DNA from: Deltaproteobacteria bacterium
Lineage (GTDB): Bacteria > SAR324 > NAC60-12
Reading direction: 5' to 3'
Assembly: GCA_038150265.1 (NCBI GenBank)
Contig: JAYOTF010000009.1
Coordinates: 1 to 57,802, forward strand
DNA length: 57,802 nt
The notes beneath the pieces were generated by a model. It made no database searches. It was not told the DNA's origin and was given only the letters and a program-made list of their open reading frames with translations. Below are positions 1 to 9,824 of this stretch, one piece after another. The position numbers were made by a program, and so were the translations under genes. Position 1 is the first letter of the stretch; the number at the start of each line of letters is the position of its first letter.

Positions 1-707
1 CATGCCCGCATCCGGGTGCGGTTCGGAAAGCCCCCGGGGAGCAGGTATTCGGTAGAGTCCAGAGCCTGCTCCACCTCCTTCTTCTTGCGCTTCATCTTGA
101 TGCTCTCCCCGTCTCGCTTGAGCGAGCGGAGCCGGAACACGTAACGGATCTGCAACTGCTCCTGAAGGATCCGGAGCTGCAGCAGCACCTCATCCAGTTG
201 CGGGTACTCACGGGAATCCGGAATCACCAGTTTGACCTCGGTCCATCCGTCCAGGTGCTTGTGGTACTTCTCCAGAAACTTGAACTGCGTGGTGAAGGTC
301 TGGAGGAAGCTCTCGAGGATGGGGTGCAGCGAGACCTGGAGGTCAATGCGCCCTCCGGTTTCCTGAGCCTGGTCGTTCCCGAAGACGAGATGCAGGGCGC
401 CGGCCTTGTCGGTAATCGGACTCTCGGAAGGCAGGTGGAGTTCCCAGTCACTCGTGTGCGTCGCCTGTGGCTCAAGTGCCGGGACGTCCAGCTCCACGCG
501 TTCCAGGACCTGCCAGTCCACGGCGCCGGCCTTCAGGTCCTTCTTGAGGGCATAGGCCAGAATGACCTGAGCCACTTGCGGCGGAGTCGGGTCGGTACCG
601 TTGTTTGCAATGCGGAGGGTCCCGCGGATGAAATCTCCCTGGTTCCACTCTTCCGTTTCAGTGACAAGCTGATACTCCAGGGGACGCTGGAAAGATACGC
701 TACGCAT
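1..707 (-). CDS. Spo0M-like (arrestin-fold) protein, runs off the window edge
   Basis: Manual translation from ATG at 707: MRSVSFQRPLEYQLVTETEEWNQGDFIRGTLRI...WELHLPSESPITDK...LQVSLHPILESFLQ...PDSREYPQLDEVLLQLR. Open to the window edge; motifs resemble the Spo0M family. Not in the ORF track. Confidence 0.55.
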   Translation of the reverse strand, partial: MRSVSFQRPLEYQLVTETEEWNQGDFIRGTLRIANNGTDPTPPQVAQVILAYALKKDLKAGAVDWQVLERVELDVPALEPQATHTSDWELHLPSESPITDKAGALHLVFGNDQAQETGGRIDLQVSLHPILESFLQTFTTQFKFLEKYHKHLDGWTEVKLVIPDSREYPQLDEVLLQLRILQEQLQIRYVFRLRSLKRDGESIKMKRKKKEVEQALDSTEYLLPGGFPNRTRMRA

Positions 708-747
708 GAAGATTTTTTCGGGATGAAGGGATGAGGCCGTTGGCGAT

Positions 748-1404
748 TCAGAGAGTGGACAGGTGGGCCACAATCTGTTGATGGATCGCATCAAGAGATG
801 CTTCCGCGTTGAGGGACACGAAGCGTTCAGGCTGTGCGTTGGCCAGCACCTGGTAGCCACTCCGGACCCGTTCGAAGAAGTCGAGGGACTCCTGATCCAG
901 TCGGTCGGGAGTGCCCCCACGCTGCTGAAGGCGCTTGAGGCTTTGCTGGGGAGGCAGGTCCAACCAGAAGGTCCGGTCGGGAACATGAGGGGCAATGTGA
1001 TGGGCCACCACCGAATCCAGGGCCGAGAGGTCGAGGCCTCTGCCAAATCCCTGATAGGCAACGGAGGAATCATGAAACCGGTCACACAGCACCCAAGTCC
1101 CCGCCTGAAGCGCAGGCAGTATCTTTTCTTGCAGGTGCTGTACCCGATCGGCAAGGTAGAGCAGCAATTCGCTGACCTCACCCAGGGCGTGGTGTTCCGG
1201 ACTTAGCAGGACCGCTCGGATCTGCTGCCCAATCAGGGTGCCGCCGGGCTCTTTGGTCACCAGAACGGTGTGGCCCTGCGACTCGAGCCACTGCTGGGCC
1301 AGCTGCAGTTGCGTGGTTTTGCCGGACCCGTCGATTCCCTCAAAGGTCAGGAAGCGTCCAGCTCGCGGAAGGGGAGGCGCTGGTGGCGGCCAGGCGGCGG
1401 TCAC
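748..1404 (-). CDS. tmk: thymidylate kinase
   Basis: FLTFEGIDGSGKTT P-loop, TKEPGGT, LCDRF, AYQG motifs. Confidence 0.96.
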   Translation of the reverse strand: MTAAWPPPAPPLPRAGRFLTFEGIDGSGKTTQLQLAQQWLESQGHTVLVTKEPGGTLIGQQIRAVLLSPEHHALGEVSELLLYLADRVQHLQEKILPALQAGTWVLCDRFHDSSVAYQGFGRGLDLSALDSVVAHHIAPHVPDRTFWLDLPPQQSLKRLQQRGGTPDRLDQESLDFFERVRSGYQVLANAQPERFVSLNAEASLDAIHQQIVAHLSTL

Positions 1405-1769
1405 GAAGGCTTCTTGTCGTAAACCGCGTAAACCTTTTCCTTGATCTCCTGGTGCGCCTTCTGGGCGTCTCGGATGATGGTGTTGCAGGCTTCCTTGAAC
1501 TCGTGCACCTCATCCGGATCCGGATTGTTTTCCTTGAACTCCTTGAACCGAGAGTAGATCTGCGCCACGTCCTGCTTGAGGTTCTTCTTGAGGACGATGG
1601 CAATGGGAAGCTTGCTCTTCAGCTCTTCCTTGCTGCTGGCGCTCAGGAGTTGGTCCTTGGCCACGTGAAAAGACTCTGTCTTCTTCGACATGGACTCGAA
1701 GTGCTCCTTAGCCTCCTCGGGGACGGGAGCCTGAGGAATGGAGGAAAATTTTCCTGTCGTTTCTGACAT
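1401..1769 (-). CDS. hypothetical helical protein (122 aa)
   Basis: ATG-started ORF whose stop overlaps the tmk start (GTGA); coding-like composition. Confidence 0.75.
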   Translation of the reverse strand: MSETTGKFSSIPQAPVPEEAKEHFESMSKKTESFHVAKDQLLSASSKEELKSKLPIAIVLKKNLKQDVAQIYSRFKEFKENNPDPDEVHEFKEACNTIIRDAQKAHQEIKEKVYAVYDKKPS

Positions 1770-1961
1770 AATGGCTTTGTCTAAAAGAATCCCTTGAGAA
1801 AGCCGGAAGGGCCGAGGAAAAGCGGAAGGCCTGTGCCTTCCAGAACGCCTGAAGTCCTCCGGAGTTCATTGCTTGAGAAGTCCAATCAAGTACTGTAAAT
1901 TGACAGACAAACACAAGATTTTCTCGCGTGCTCAATCCTGCACACTTTACGCCAAGCCCCA

Positions 1962-2294
1962 ATGTTGAAGCTAAAACGCACCAAACCCGAAAAAATCCTT
2001 CTTGCTGACGACGTGTACGTGCTCTGGCGCGATGGCCATGAGAGCCGTTACACCTTTCTTGACCTCCGGGATGCGTGTCCCTGTGCCGAGTGTGTGGACG
2101 AGATGACCGGAGAAAAACGACTTGAGCGCTCCAGCATTCCCCCGGAGATTCACCCGCTTGGAAGTGAATACGTGGGGAACTACGCGTTGCGCATTCACTG
2201 GAGCGATGGGCACAGCACCGGGCTCTACAACTTCAAAACGCTCCGTGGCATGGATGACACCGCGGACGACTCTTCTGAGAAAGGTTCAGCATGA
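1962..2294 (+). CDS. DUF971 / GBBH-like N-terminal domain protein
   Basis: [29 protein letters not shown] motifs. Confidence 0.88.
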   Translation: MLKLKRTKPEKILLADDVYVLWRDGHESRYTFLDLRDACPCAECVDEMTGEKRLERSSIPPEIHPLGSEYVGNYALRIHWSDGHSTGLYNFKTLRGMDDTADDSSEKGSA

Positions 2295-2752
2295 AGCACC
2301 TGGAAGGCGACTTGGTCGCCACCGACCTGCGCGTGGCCCTCGTGGTGGCTCGCTTCAACGAGTTCATCTGCGAGCGATTGCTCGAGGGCGCCCTGGATGC
2401 CTTCACGCGGCATGGTGGCTCGCGCGACCATGTCACGGTTGCCCATGTGCCCGGAGCGTTTGAGCTGCCTCTGGCGGCCAAGAAACTGGCGGCCTCCGGA
2501 AATTATGACGCCGTCGTGTGCCTCGGCGCCGTGATCCGTGGAGCCACCTCGCATTACGACTACGTCTGCGGCAGCGCGGCCTCCGGAATTGCCTCGGCCA
2601 GCCTGGAGACCGGGGTGCCCGTCATCTTTGGCGTGCTCACCACAGACACCATTGAGCAGGCCATTGAGCGCGCTGGCACCAAAGCCGGGAACCAGGGCCG
2701 CAACGCCGTGGTCACGGGCATTGAGATGGCCCGACTCCTCAAGCAGATCTAG
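2291..2752 (+). CDS. ribH: 6,7-dimethyl-8-ribityllumazine synthase
   Basis: [42 protein letters not shown]. Confidence 0.97.
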   Translation: MKHLEGDLVATDLRVALVVARFNEFICERLLEGALDAFTRHGGSRDHVTVAHVPGAFELPLAAKKLAASGNYDAVVCLGAVIRGATSHYDYVCGSAASGIASASLETGVPVIFGVLTTDTIEQAIERAGTKAGNQGRNAVVTGIEMARLLKQI

Positions 2753-4233
2753 CCTCCATACTGCACCTTGACCGCGTCGCGGTCAACCTCGCCCTCTTGC
2801 CCTGGTAACTCCGGGGCAAACTCAATGATCCGCGGGCGTTTGAACCCGGCAATCTGACCGCCCACAAACGCTCGAAGCGCCTCGGCATCCGCGGAAGCTC
2901 CTTCCCGGAGGACGCAGATGGCCTTGACCGACTCTCCCCAGGTTGGATCCGGAACACCAATCACACAAGCAGCGGTGACATCGGGATGCCGCAGCAACAC
3001 GGCCTCCACCTCGCCGGGGTAGACGTTTTCGCCTCCGGTCTTGATCAGTTCCTTCTCAGCCTTGCGTTTGACGTAATGCAGGTAGCCGTCGGCATCCAGG
3101 CGACCCACGTCACCCGTGTGGTGCCAACCGTTGCGGAAGGCATGCGCCGTCGCTTCCGGATGTCCCCAGTACTCAAGCATGAGGTTTTCGCCCCGGACCA
3201 CAATTTCCCCGGCTTCTCCTTCCGGAAGGAACTCATCGGCCTCGTTGACGACGGCGACTGAGTTGACCCAGCTGGCGCGTCCGGAAGAGCCCGGGCGTTC
3301 GGTTGCCGGCGCCACGGTGACAAAGGCGCTGGTTTCAGCCTGCCCAAAGCCCGTCCAGAACGTGGCCTGCGTTTCCTGGTGAAGGCGCTGGATGCCGTCG
3401 GGGCCCTCGAGTCCGTAAACCAGCTTCAGGCTGCTGAGCGAGGATCCGGACTCCTGGGCCGCATCCAGGATGCGCCCGAGAATGGGCGGAAAGGATCCGA
3501 AGTACGTGAGCTGATGCTCATCGAGGGCCTGCACTGCTGCCTGTGGATCAAACTGAGGGAGCAGCACCGTCTTTCCACCACAGACAAAGGAGGCCCACAG
3601 CGACGTCAGCCCCATCACATGAAACAGCGGCATCACGCCCAGGTGTCCTTCAAGGGCGCTGGCCCCAAAGTGCAGCAGGTGCACCTGACAGGCGGCAAAG
3701 AGGTTCCGTTGACTCAACAAGGCGCCTTTGGGCACACCACCGACAGCAGCGGTGGGGATGATCACACAGCCCTGATCCGGATCGGTGGCCAGCTGAGCCA
3801 GGGGCGGGGAGTCTTGCAACGCGGCAAACGAGTGGGCTCCGGAGCCTTCAAGCAGAACCTGCTGCGGCACGTGTGCAGCCAGTGCCTGGGCCGCATCGGC
3901 ATAGCGCTCCTGAGTCACCAGAAGCCCGGGAGTGGTGACCTGAAGCACCTGCGCCATTTCTTCAGCGGCGGTGCGGGTGTTGAGTCCCACGGCAATGACT
4001 CCGGCGGCCAGGCAGGCGCCATACGTCACGGCGGCTTCCAATCCATTGTCAAGCAGCACCGCAACCCGGTCTCCGGATTCCAGCCCACGAGCGTGCAGGC
4101 CGGCAGCCATCCGCCTGACCTGATCGGCATAATCGGCGAAGGTCAGCGTCTCTGAGCCGCAGATGAACGCGGTTTGTGTGCGACGACTCTTCGCATTTTC
4201 CAGGATCCGGTCAACTAGAGAATGGGTACGCAT
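2749..4233 (-). CDS. AMP-binding acyl-CoA ligase (CaiC-like subfamily)
   Basis: [42 protein letters not shown]. Confidence 0.9.
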   Translation of the reverse strand: MRTHSLVDRILENAKSRRTQTAFICGSETLTFADYADQVRRMAAGLHARGLESGDRVAVLLDNGLEAAVTYGACLAAGVIAVGLNTRTAAEEMAQVLQVTTPGLLVTQERYADAAQALAAHVPQQVLLEGSGAHSFAALQDSPPLAQLATDPDQGCVIIPTAAVGGVPKGALLSQRNLFAACQVHLLHFGASALEGHLGVMPLFHVMGLTSLWASFVCGGKTVLLPQFDPQAAVQALDEHQLTYFGSFPPILGRILDAAQESGSSLSSLKLVYGLEGPDGIQRLHQETQATFWTGFGQAETSAFVTVAPATERPGSSGRASWVNSVAVVNEADEFLPEGEAGEIVVRGENLMLEYWGHPEATAHAFRNGWHHTGDVGRLDADGYLHYVKRKAEKELIKTGGENVYPGEVEAVLLRHPDVTAACVIGVPDPTWGESVKAICVLREGASADAEALRAFVGGQIAGFKRPRIIEFAPELPGQEGEVDRDAVKVQYGG

Positions 4234-4270
4234 GCTTTTCCTCGCAAGGGGTCAGGTGAAGGCCGTCCGC

Positions 4271-4678
4271 TCAGTTGGCAGGAGGCGGTTCTGCTGCAGG
4301 CTCCGGAGGCAGGTCGCCTTCCTGAGGAGGAGCAGGCTCTGGAGCAGGAGGCGGGGCTTCCGGATTGAGGACAATTTCCACCTTCCCGTTCCGGACCTTG
4401 CAGAGAGCCTCACCGGTTCCGGAGGACGAGGTAAAGCCTCGGTAGACGTCCAGGCCTTCCGGAGTCTCAATGACTGCAGTGGTCAGCACACTGAACTTGA
4501 GTGACTCGCCCACGGCTTCTTCAATCGCAGGGTCGCAGCTCCGGAACGGCTCGCTCTTCGCGTCCGGGTTGTTGGTGCCCAGCAGGTGGGAGCGTCCGGT
4601 GTTTTGCAAACCGAGCCACACCAGCACCAGGCCAGCGACCACGGCTCCAGCGATCAGGATCTTGCGTTGTCCGTCCAT
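4271..4678 (-). CDS. hypothetical membrane-anchored protein with Pro-rich tail
   Basis: Likely start MDGQRKILIAG (ATG 4678); N-terminal TM, two Cys, PPPAPEPAPP tail. Confidence 0.6.
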   Translation of the reverse strand: MDGQRKILIAGAVVAGLVLVWLGLQNTGRSHLLGTNNPDAKSEPFRSCDPAIEEAVGESLKFSVLTTAVIETPEGLDVYRGFTSSSGTGEALCKVRNGKVEIVLNPEAPPPAPEPAPPQEGDLPPEPAAEPPPAN

Positions 4679-4769
4679 GGGAAGTCTTCTCGGGAAGCGC
4701 TTGAAAGAGCAGAAAAACGGCAATGAGGCATTGTCCTGAGCCCTTGCTCAATGCGCAAGGCTGGAAGCA

Positions 4770-5402
4770 TCACGAGGAATGCGCAACCGTGAGGAGGAGC
4801 TGTCCGGAGGCAAGGCGTACAGAGACCTCTGGAGCATTGGTGTGGTTGGACACACCCGCAGGCGGGCGTCCGGGAAGCAGGCTCGCGTCGCGGAGCGCAT
4901 ACGCCAGCCCGTGGGTGTAGATGCCGGAGGCGCCGCCAAAAACCGGAAGCAGTGACACCGTGGTGCCAAGTGGAAGGGTTTCGGCCCACGAGTCGTGAAT
5001 GAACTCGCAGCGCTCCTGCTCCGTCCAGAGGAGAATCCGGGCGTGGTGCGAGTACTTGAGCATCACCTCCAGGTTAGCCAGAAACTGATCCATCCGTTGG
5101 CCTGCGGCACCAAGGAGGTGGATCTGAGCCGCCCCCTGCTCGCAGCAGTAGCAGATGGCCTTGTCGGCGTCATTGGTGTTCTGGTCTTCCATCCGGATCA
5201 GCTGCTCGGGCTGCAGCTGGGCACGAGGCGCGTCTTGCAGAGAATCCAGGTCCCCAACGACCACATCCGGAATCAGGCCTTGCTGGTGCAGAGCATTGGC
5301 GCCACCATCAGCGGCAACCCGTAAGGCCACGCGGTTCCAGTGCGTGTGAAGCAGAGAAGCAGAAGGAGGGCTGCCATTGCAGACGATCAGGGCTTCTGTC
5401 AT
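4770..5402 (-). CDS. thiN: thiamine diphosphokinase
   Basis: ALIVCNG, VAADGGAN, VVGDLDS, DQNTNDADKA, GVSN; start at ATG 5402. Confidence 0.92.
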   Translation of the reverse strand: MTEALIVCNGSPPSASLLHTHWNRVALRVAADGGANALHQQGLIPDVVVGDLDSLQDAPRAQLQPEQLIRMEDQNTNDADKAICYCCEQGAAQIHLLGAAGQRMDQFLANLEVMLKYSHHARILLWTEQERCEFIHDSWAETLPLGTTVSLLPVFGGASGIYTHGLAYALRDASLLPGRPPAGVSNHTNAPEVSVRLASGQLLLTVAHSS

Positions 5403-5439
5403 CAGGCGAGCCAGAGGAAGGAAGCTTCCGGAGAAGCGG

Positions 5440-5889
5440 TCAGGGGAGGACGAGGTAGATGTGGTCTTTGTTGCCGACGAGGCCCAGCTCCTGGCGGGCC
5501 ACCTGCTCCAGGTAGGCAGGGCTTTCCCGGAGGGCCACAATCTCCTGGCGGAGTTGAGCCTTTTCGTGCTGAAGCTCGGAAATTTCTGTTTCCAGCTGAA
5601 CCCTGCGGTCGACCATCTGTCCGCGACTCCAGAGCCCGTAATCGCCAATCACCGAGATGATGCCGACGATCAAACCGAACGTCAGGAGGAGGCCGATGGT
5701 AAACAGCTGGCGCCACTCTTCCGATTCCTGCGTCTTCCGGAAGGTGTCGGGCTCCTGTTCCTTGGGCGGGGCAAAGAGGCCCCGGATGTACAGCACCCGG
5801 TCGTCTTTCCGGACCACCGTGGTGGGGCTGGCAGGCCGCGAACGCTGGGTGTGCTGTCCCTGGAGCAGACGATTCCGGTGCAGGTTCAT
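5440..5889 (-). CDS. FtsB/DivIC-family septum formation initiator
   Basis: TM + GDYGL + coiled coil + YLEQVARQELGLV; ATG 5889 overlaps the bactofilin stop (ATGA). Confidence 0.85.
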   Translation of the reverse strand: MNLHRNRLLQGQHTQRSRPASPTTVVRKDDRVLYIRGLFAPPKEQEPDTFRKTQESEEWRQLFTIGLLLTFGLIVGIISVIGDYGLWSRGQMVDRRVQLETEISELQHEKAQLRQEIVALRESPAYLEQVARQELGLVGNKDHIYLVLP

Positions 5890-6239
5890 GCGTCTCCGCT
5901 GGGCCGGGTTTCGTTGAGGAATTGACAATCGCCCTGGATGAGGGCGCCCTCCCGGATGATCATGCGTCCGGGCTTGACGTGGATGTGCCCGGTGACGTTT
6001 CCCGTGGCAGCGACTTCCAGCTGCTCATGGATGAACACGTTGCCCTCCATTTTTCCGGCAATGGTCACCGAGTCTCCATCGAGGTCGCCCCGGATGCGTC
6101 CGGACTGCCCCACGAGGATTTCACCACGACCGGTGATGGTTCCGTGGATTTCTCCGTTGATGACGATGTGCTCGCCACAGTCGATGTTGCCCTCAAGGAA
6201 CAGGTCTTCGGCCAACAACCCCAGTGATTTATTGCTCAT
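5886..6239 (-). CDS. bactofilin (polymer-forming cytoskeletal protein)
   Basis: Beta-helix repeats INGEIHGTI / IAGKMEGNV / IREGALIQG. Confidence 0.92.
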   Translation of the reverse strand: MSNKSLGLLAEDLFLEGNIDCGEHIVINGEIHGTITGRGEILVGQSGRIRGDLDGDSVTIAGKMEGNVFIHEQLEVAATGNVTGHIHVKPGRMIIREGALIQGDCQFLNETRPSGDA

Positions 6240-6242
6240 GAC

Positions 6243-7580
6243 TCAGCGGACGTAGAGGCGGCTGCCAGGATTGAAACGAGAGATGGCCAGCAGCGGATCG
6301 GCTTGGCGGTTGTTGATGAGCACTTCGTAGTGCAGGTGTGGGCCGGTGCTGCGGCCGGTGCTGCCAACGAGCCCAAGCAGGTCGCCTCGCTTCACCCGCT
6401 GTCCCTTTTTGACCAGAATCCGGGAGAGGTGGCCGAAGCGGGTCCGGTAGCGGACGGTCTGGCGCTTTCCGGGGTAGAAGCCGCGTCCGTGGTCGATTTC
6501 GACGAGCAGGCCATAGCCAAAGTGACTCTTGGCAATCCGGACCATTCCATCAGCCGGGGCATAAATCTTGGTGCCGGTCCGGGCACTGAAGTCGAGTCCG
6601 GAGTGAAAGGCTCGCTTGTCGGTGAAGGGGTCCACGCGAAAGCCGTAACGGTCGGACAGGAGCCGGCTCCGGACGGGAATCAGGGTCGGCGTTTGCCGCC
6701 AGTAGGTCTCGTTCTGAGCCACCATTTGGCTCAGGTCCTCGAACTCCCGGACAAAGTTCTCATAGTCAAATGAGCTGGAATAAAGGTAGTCGCGCAGCCG
6801 TCCCTGCTGGACAAACTCCTCCGGGTTTTCCAGAGACAGGCGGTCTTCCAGTGTCGGACCCCCGCGGTTGCCTTCTCCCTTGGCGCGTTGCAGGCTGGTG
6901 GCTTCTCCGGTGAGGTTGATGCCAGTGGTGTTGGTGATGCGCTCTGCGAGTCGCTCAACTGTGGCGCTCCGGGCTTCCAGGTAGGTCATGTGCTCAGAAA
7001 GGTCCTGCTCGGCCTTGGCCAGCTGAGACTTGAGCTGTTCAATGCGCCCCGCCTGCTCTTCATAGGTCTCTCGGTTGGCAAGGGCATCCCGGAAGCGGGT
7101 GCTGAGCATGTCCAGGTTTTGCTGAATCTGAGAGAGCCAGAGGACGTGCTGTCGGGTGTCTTCCGGATCATACGGGTTGGGCGGGCAGCTGGCCTGAAGG
7201 CGCTCACACATCAGGTCATGCAACTCCTGAAGCTGGTCGGTCGCGGCCTTGGTCAGGGCCAGGTGCTTCTTGTACGCGGTTTCGCTGTTGTAAGCCGACT
7301 GCTTCAGCTCCTCAACGTAGTCCTCCAGGAACTGGATCCGGGACTCTCGCCCATCATAAAGGTCCAGCTTGCGCTGCAGCTCCGCCTGAGCAGACTCCTG
7401 CTCAAGGATGATCGTTTGCTGCTTCTTCAGGAGTTGGTCCTGTTGGTAAAACTGGAAGCCCAGCCGCCCTCCACCTGCAAGGAGCAAAAGCCCGATAATG
7501 GCAATGATTTTGGAGCTGATGAACCACTGGTTCACCCCGCGCCCGGACTTTCTGAGTAAGACGATGGAGAAACTTTTCAT
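6243..7580 (-). CDS. M23 family metallopeptidase with N-terminal TM and coiled coil
   Basis: FHSGLD, RFGHLS, GSTGRSTGPHLHYEV. Confidence 0.93.
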   Translation of the reverse strand: MKSFSIVLLRKSGRGVNQWFISSKIIAIIGLLLLAGGGRLGFQFYQQDQLLKKQQTIILEQESAQAELQRKLDLYDGRESRIQFLEDYVEELKQSAYNSETAYKKHLALTKAATDQLQELHDLMCERLQASCPPNPYDPEDTRQHVLWLSQIQQNLDMLSTRFRDALANRETYEEQAGRIEQLKSQLAKAEQDLSEHMTYLEARSATVERLAERITNTTGINLTGEATSLQRAKGEGNRGGPTLEDRLSLENPEEFVQQGRLRDYLYSSSFDYENFVREFEDLSQMVAQNETYWRQTPTLIPVRSRLLSDRYGFRVDPFTDKRAFHSGLDFSARTGTKIYAPADGMVRIAKSHFGYGLLVEIDHGRGFYPGKRQTVRYRTRFGHLSRILVKKGQRVKRGDLLGLVGSTGRSTGPHLHYEVLINNRQADPLLAISRFNPGSRLYVR

Positions 7581-7757
7581 GCGGAGGTAGCGACGCTTTT
7601 GAGGGTAGGTCTACAAAGGAACTGAATTTATCATACCCTTAATCGAAGAGCAAACAGGGAATTGCCCTGCAACGAGTAAGCCGTCTACTTGCGAATCGGT
7701 TGAAGTTTGCTAGTTTGATGGCTCCGCTGTGCCCTCTTTTTGTGTGATTCATCTCGA

Positions 7758-9824
7758 ATGTCCAACCCCTTGTCCTCCTCCTGCGTGCCACCAGAGCAGC
7801 TTGGCCCGCTCCTGACCGAACTGGCCGGTTTGCTTCCGGAAGCACACGCCACGGTGCCGCAGTGGCAGCAGCAGCTTCAGCGCTCCTCCCAACGTCTGCG
7901 GGAAGCGTACCTGCGGGTCGCCGTGATCGGAACCGTCAAGTCGGGGAAATCGACGCTGGTGAACGCCCTGGTTGGGCAGGACCTCGTCCGACGTGGCGCG
8001 GGCATCCTGACTTCGGCGGTCACCCGCCTGCGAGCCGGAGAGGAATTTCAGGCAGAGATTCAGCTCCGTCCGCTTCCGGAGCTGACGGAAGAGGCCCTCC
8101 GTGCCGCCGCGCGATTGGCCCGGACGCTGGAGTGGGCCTGGGAGGCGCCAGACTCGCTGGAGGCGCTGATGGCGCGGCTTCCGGAGTGGATGGCGCATGT
8201 GCCTCCAAATGTCATGGCCCTGGAGGAAGACCGGCGCCTGCTGCAGAGCCTGCAGCAGGGGTGGGCGGAAATGCAACCCTGGCTGAGGGACCCCCCCCAG
8301 CCCCTGATCTGGTCGGGAGCGGCTGCCAAGCAGCACCAGGACTGGGTCAGCCGTGATGCAACAGCGGCCTACCTGGCAGGAGTGCTGCTGCGGGTGCCCG
8401 AGCTTCCGTTTGGCCTGGAGCTGGCGGACTGCCAAGGCAGCGACTCCCCGAACCCGCTGCACCTGCTCCGGGTGCAGGACTACCTCGCTGGCGCCACTGC
8501 GGTGCTGTATGTGCTCAGCTCCCGGACGGGTTTGCGCGAGGCAGACCTCCGGTTGCTGGCGGTGCTCCGGGAGTTGGGGCTGCTGGAACAGACGGTCTTT
8601 GTCCTCAACCTCGATTTGGGCGAGCACGACTCGGTGTCGGATGCCGAGCGGGTCCGGCAGTCGGTGCAGCACGAACTCGGAGGCCTGCCCAATCCGGTCC
8701 TCAGCGTTTCAGCGCTCTACCGGCTGCTTCAGCAGTTGCCTCAAGGGCCAACGGAGGCCCTCAGGCTTCAGCTCTGGGAGCAGAATCCGGAGCTGATCGA
8801 GCTGCATGAGCAAGGCTGGGCTGAGCTGAACCAGACCCTGACGGGGTGGCAAAACCGCCGGCAGGAAGAGCTGAAGCGGACGGAGCAGCAGCACCTCCGG
8901 ACCCTCACGCAGCGGGTGGTGCACTGGGTGGAACAGGCCCGGAAGGCGCTGGAAACTCACTCGGCCCAAATGCCTCTGGGCCATCTGACAGAGTCCGGAC
9001 TGGAGGAGGTCCTCCGGACGCTGGAGGCGATGCTGGATCAGAAGCTGGCCGCTCAGCGGGACCCTCTGAAGGAACGGGTCCGGTGCCTCCTTCATGAAGG
9101 GCGGCAGAGTCTGTTGCAGCAGCTTCAGCGGTTTCAGGAGCAGCACCAGCTTCCTGCCTCCTGGGGCAAGGCCATCCGCCTCCGTGAGATGGCGCTGGAG
9201 CTTCCCGGTGCGCTGGGGCTGGAGGCGTATCAGGACCTGCAGCAACGGCAGCTCCGCTTTTTGGCAGAAGAGGTCAACCCCGGATTGCTGGCTCAGTTGC
9301 GGCAACTGGCATCTGAGTTTGAGGAAGGACTGCGGCAGATGCGCCAGGCCTTCGGGACGCTGCTGGCCGCACAGGCGCCCTTTGCTGAGGTGGAGTGGGA
9401 GCGGGCCCTGCCGGTGCCCCAATTTCCAGATCTGCCACCACCCGCGTTTTCGTCAACGCTGGAATGGACGCACACCGCTCGTTTCAAGAGCCTCCTCAGC
9501 CTGGGGCGAGAAGCCTTCAAGTCTCCGGAAGCGCGGATGCAGGCGTTGCGAGAGCGATTGGAGCAGCAGCTCAAGGAAGACGCGGCCGAAGCGCTGCAGT
9601 TTGACCTGTTCAACTACCAGGAAAACCTGCTGCACCGCTACCTGCTGGCAGGGTTGACGCAGATGGGGCAGGAGTTTCGGGAGAGCGCGCTGCTGCTGGG
9701 GCAGTCACTGCTGGCGGAACAGCGGAGTCTGGAAGCCCTGCACCAGCGAGATCAGGCTTCTCAGGATGACCTCAGTCTGCGCCTGACGAAGCTGCTGGAA
9801 CGCCTGCAGGGCTCCGGAGGCTAG
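7758..9824 (+). CDS. dynamin-like GTPase
   Basis: VAVIGTVKSGKSTLVNALVG (G1), LTSAVT (G2), DCQG (G3), long helical C-terminus; start uncertain (7740 or 7758). Confidence 0.82.
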   Translation: MSNPLSSSCVPPEQLGPLLTELAGLLPEAHATVPQWQQQLQRSSQRLREAYLRVAVIGTVKSGKSTLVNALVGQDLVRRGAGILTSAVTRLRAGEEFQAEIQLRPLPELTEEALRAAARLARTLEWAWEAPDSLEALMARLPEWMAHVPPNVMALEEDRRLLQSLQQGWAEMQPWLRDPPQPLIWSGAAAKQHQDWVSRDATAAYLAGVLLRVPELPFGLELADCQGSDSPNPLHLLRVQDYLAGATAVLYVLSSRTGLREADLRLLAVLRELGLLEQTVFVLNLDLGEHDSVSDAERVRQSVQHELGGLPNPVLSVSALYRLLQQLPQGPTEALRLQLWEQNPELIELHEQGWAELNQTLTGWQNRRQEELKRTEQQHLRTLTQRVVHWVEQARKALETHSAQMPLGHLTESGLEEVLRTLEAMLDQKLAAQRDPLKERVRCLLHEGRQSLLQQLQRFQEQHQLPASWGKAIRLREMALELPGALGLEAYQDLQQRQLRFLAEEVNPGLLAQLRQLASEFEEGLRQMRQAFGTLLAAQAPFAEVEWERALPVPQFPDLPPPAFSSTLEWTHTARFKSLLSLGREAFKSPEARMQALRERLEQQLKEDAAEALQFDLFNYQENLLHRYLLAGLTQMGQEFRESALLLGQSLLAEQRSLEALHQRDQASQDDLSLRLTKLLERLQGSGG

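Noticed and set aside
198..734. 178-aa plus-strand ORF
   Set aside because: The minus-strand frame from ATG 707 is co-oriented with tmk and more protein-like
3715..3765. Degenerate P-loop ([11 protein letters not shown]) in the acyl-CoA ligase as a sign of inactivity
   Set aside because: Matches, from memory, a known CaiC-like subfamily signature (TAAVxGxPxG); other motifs are intact
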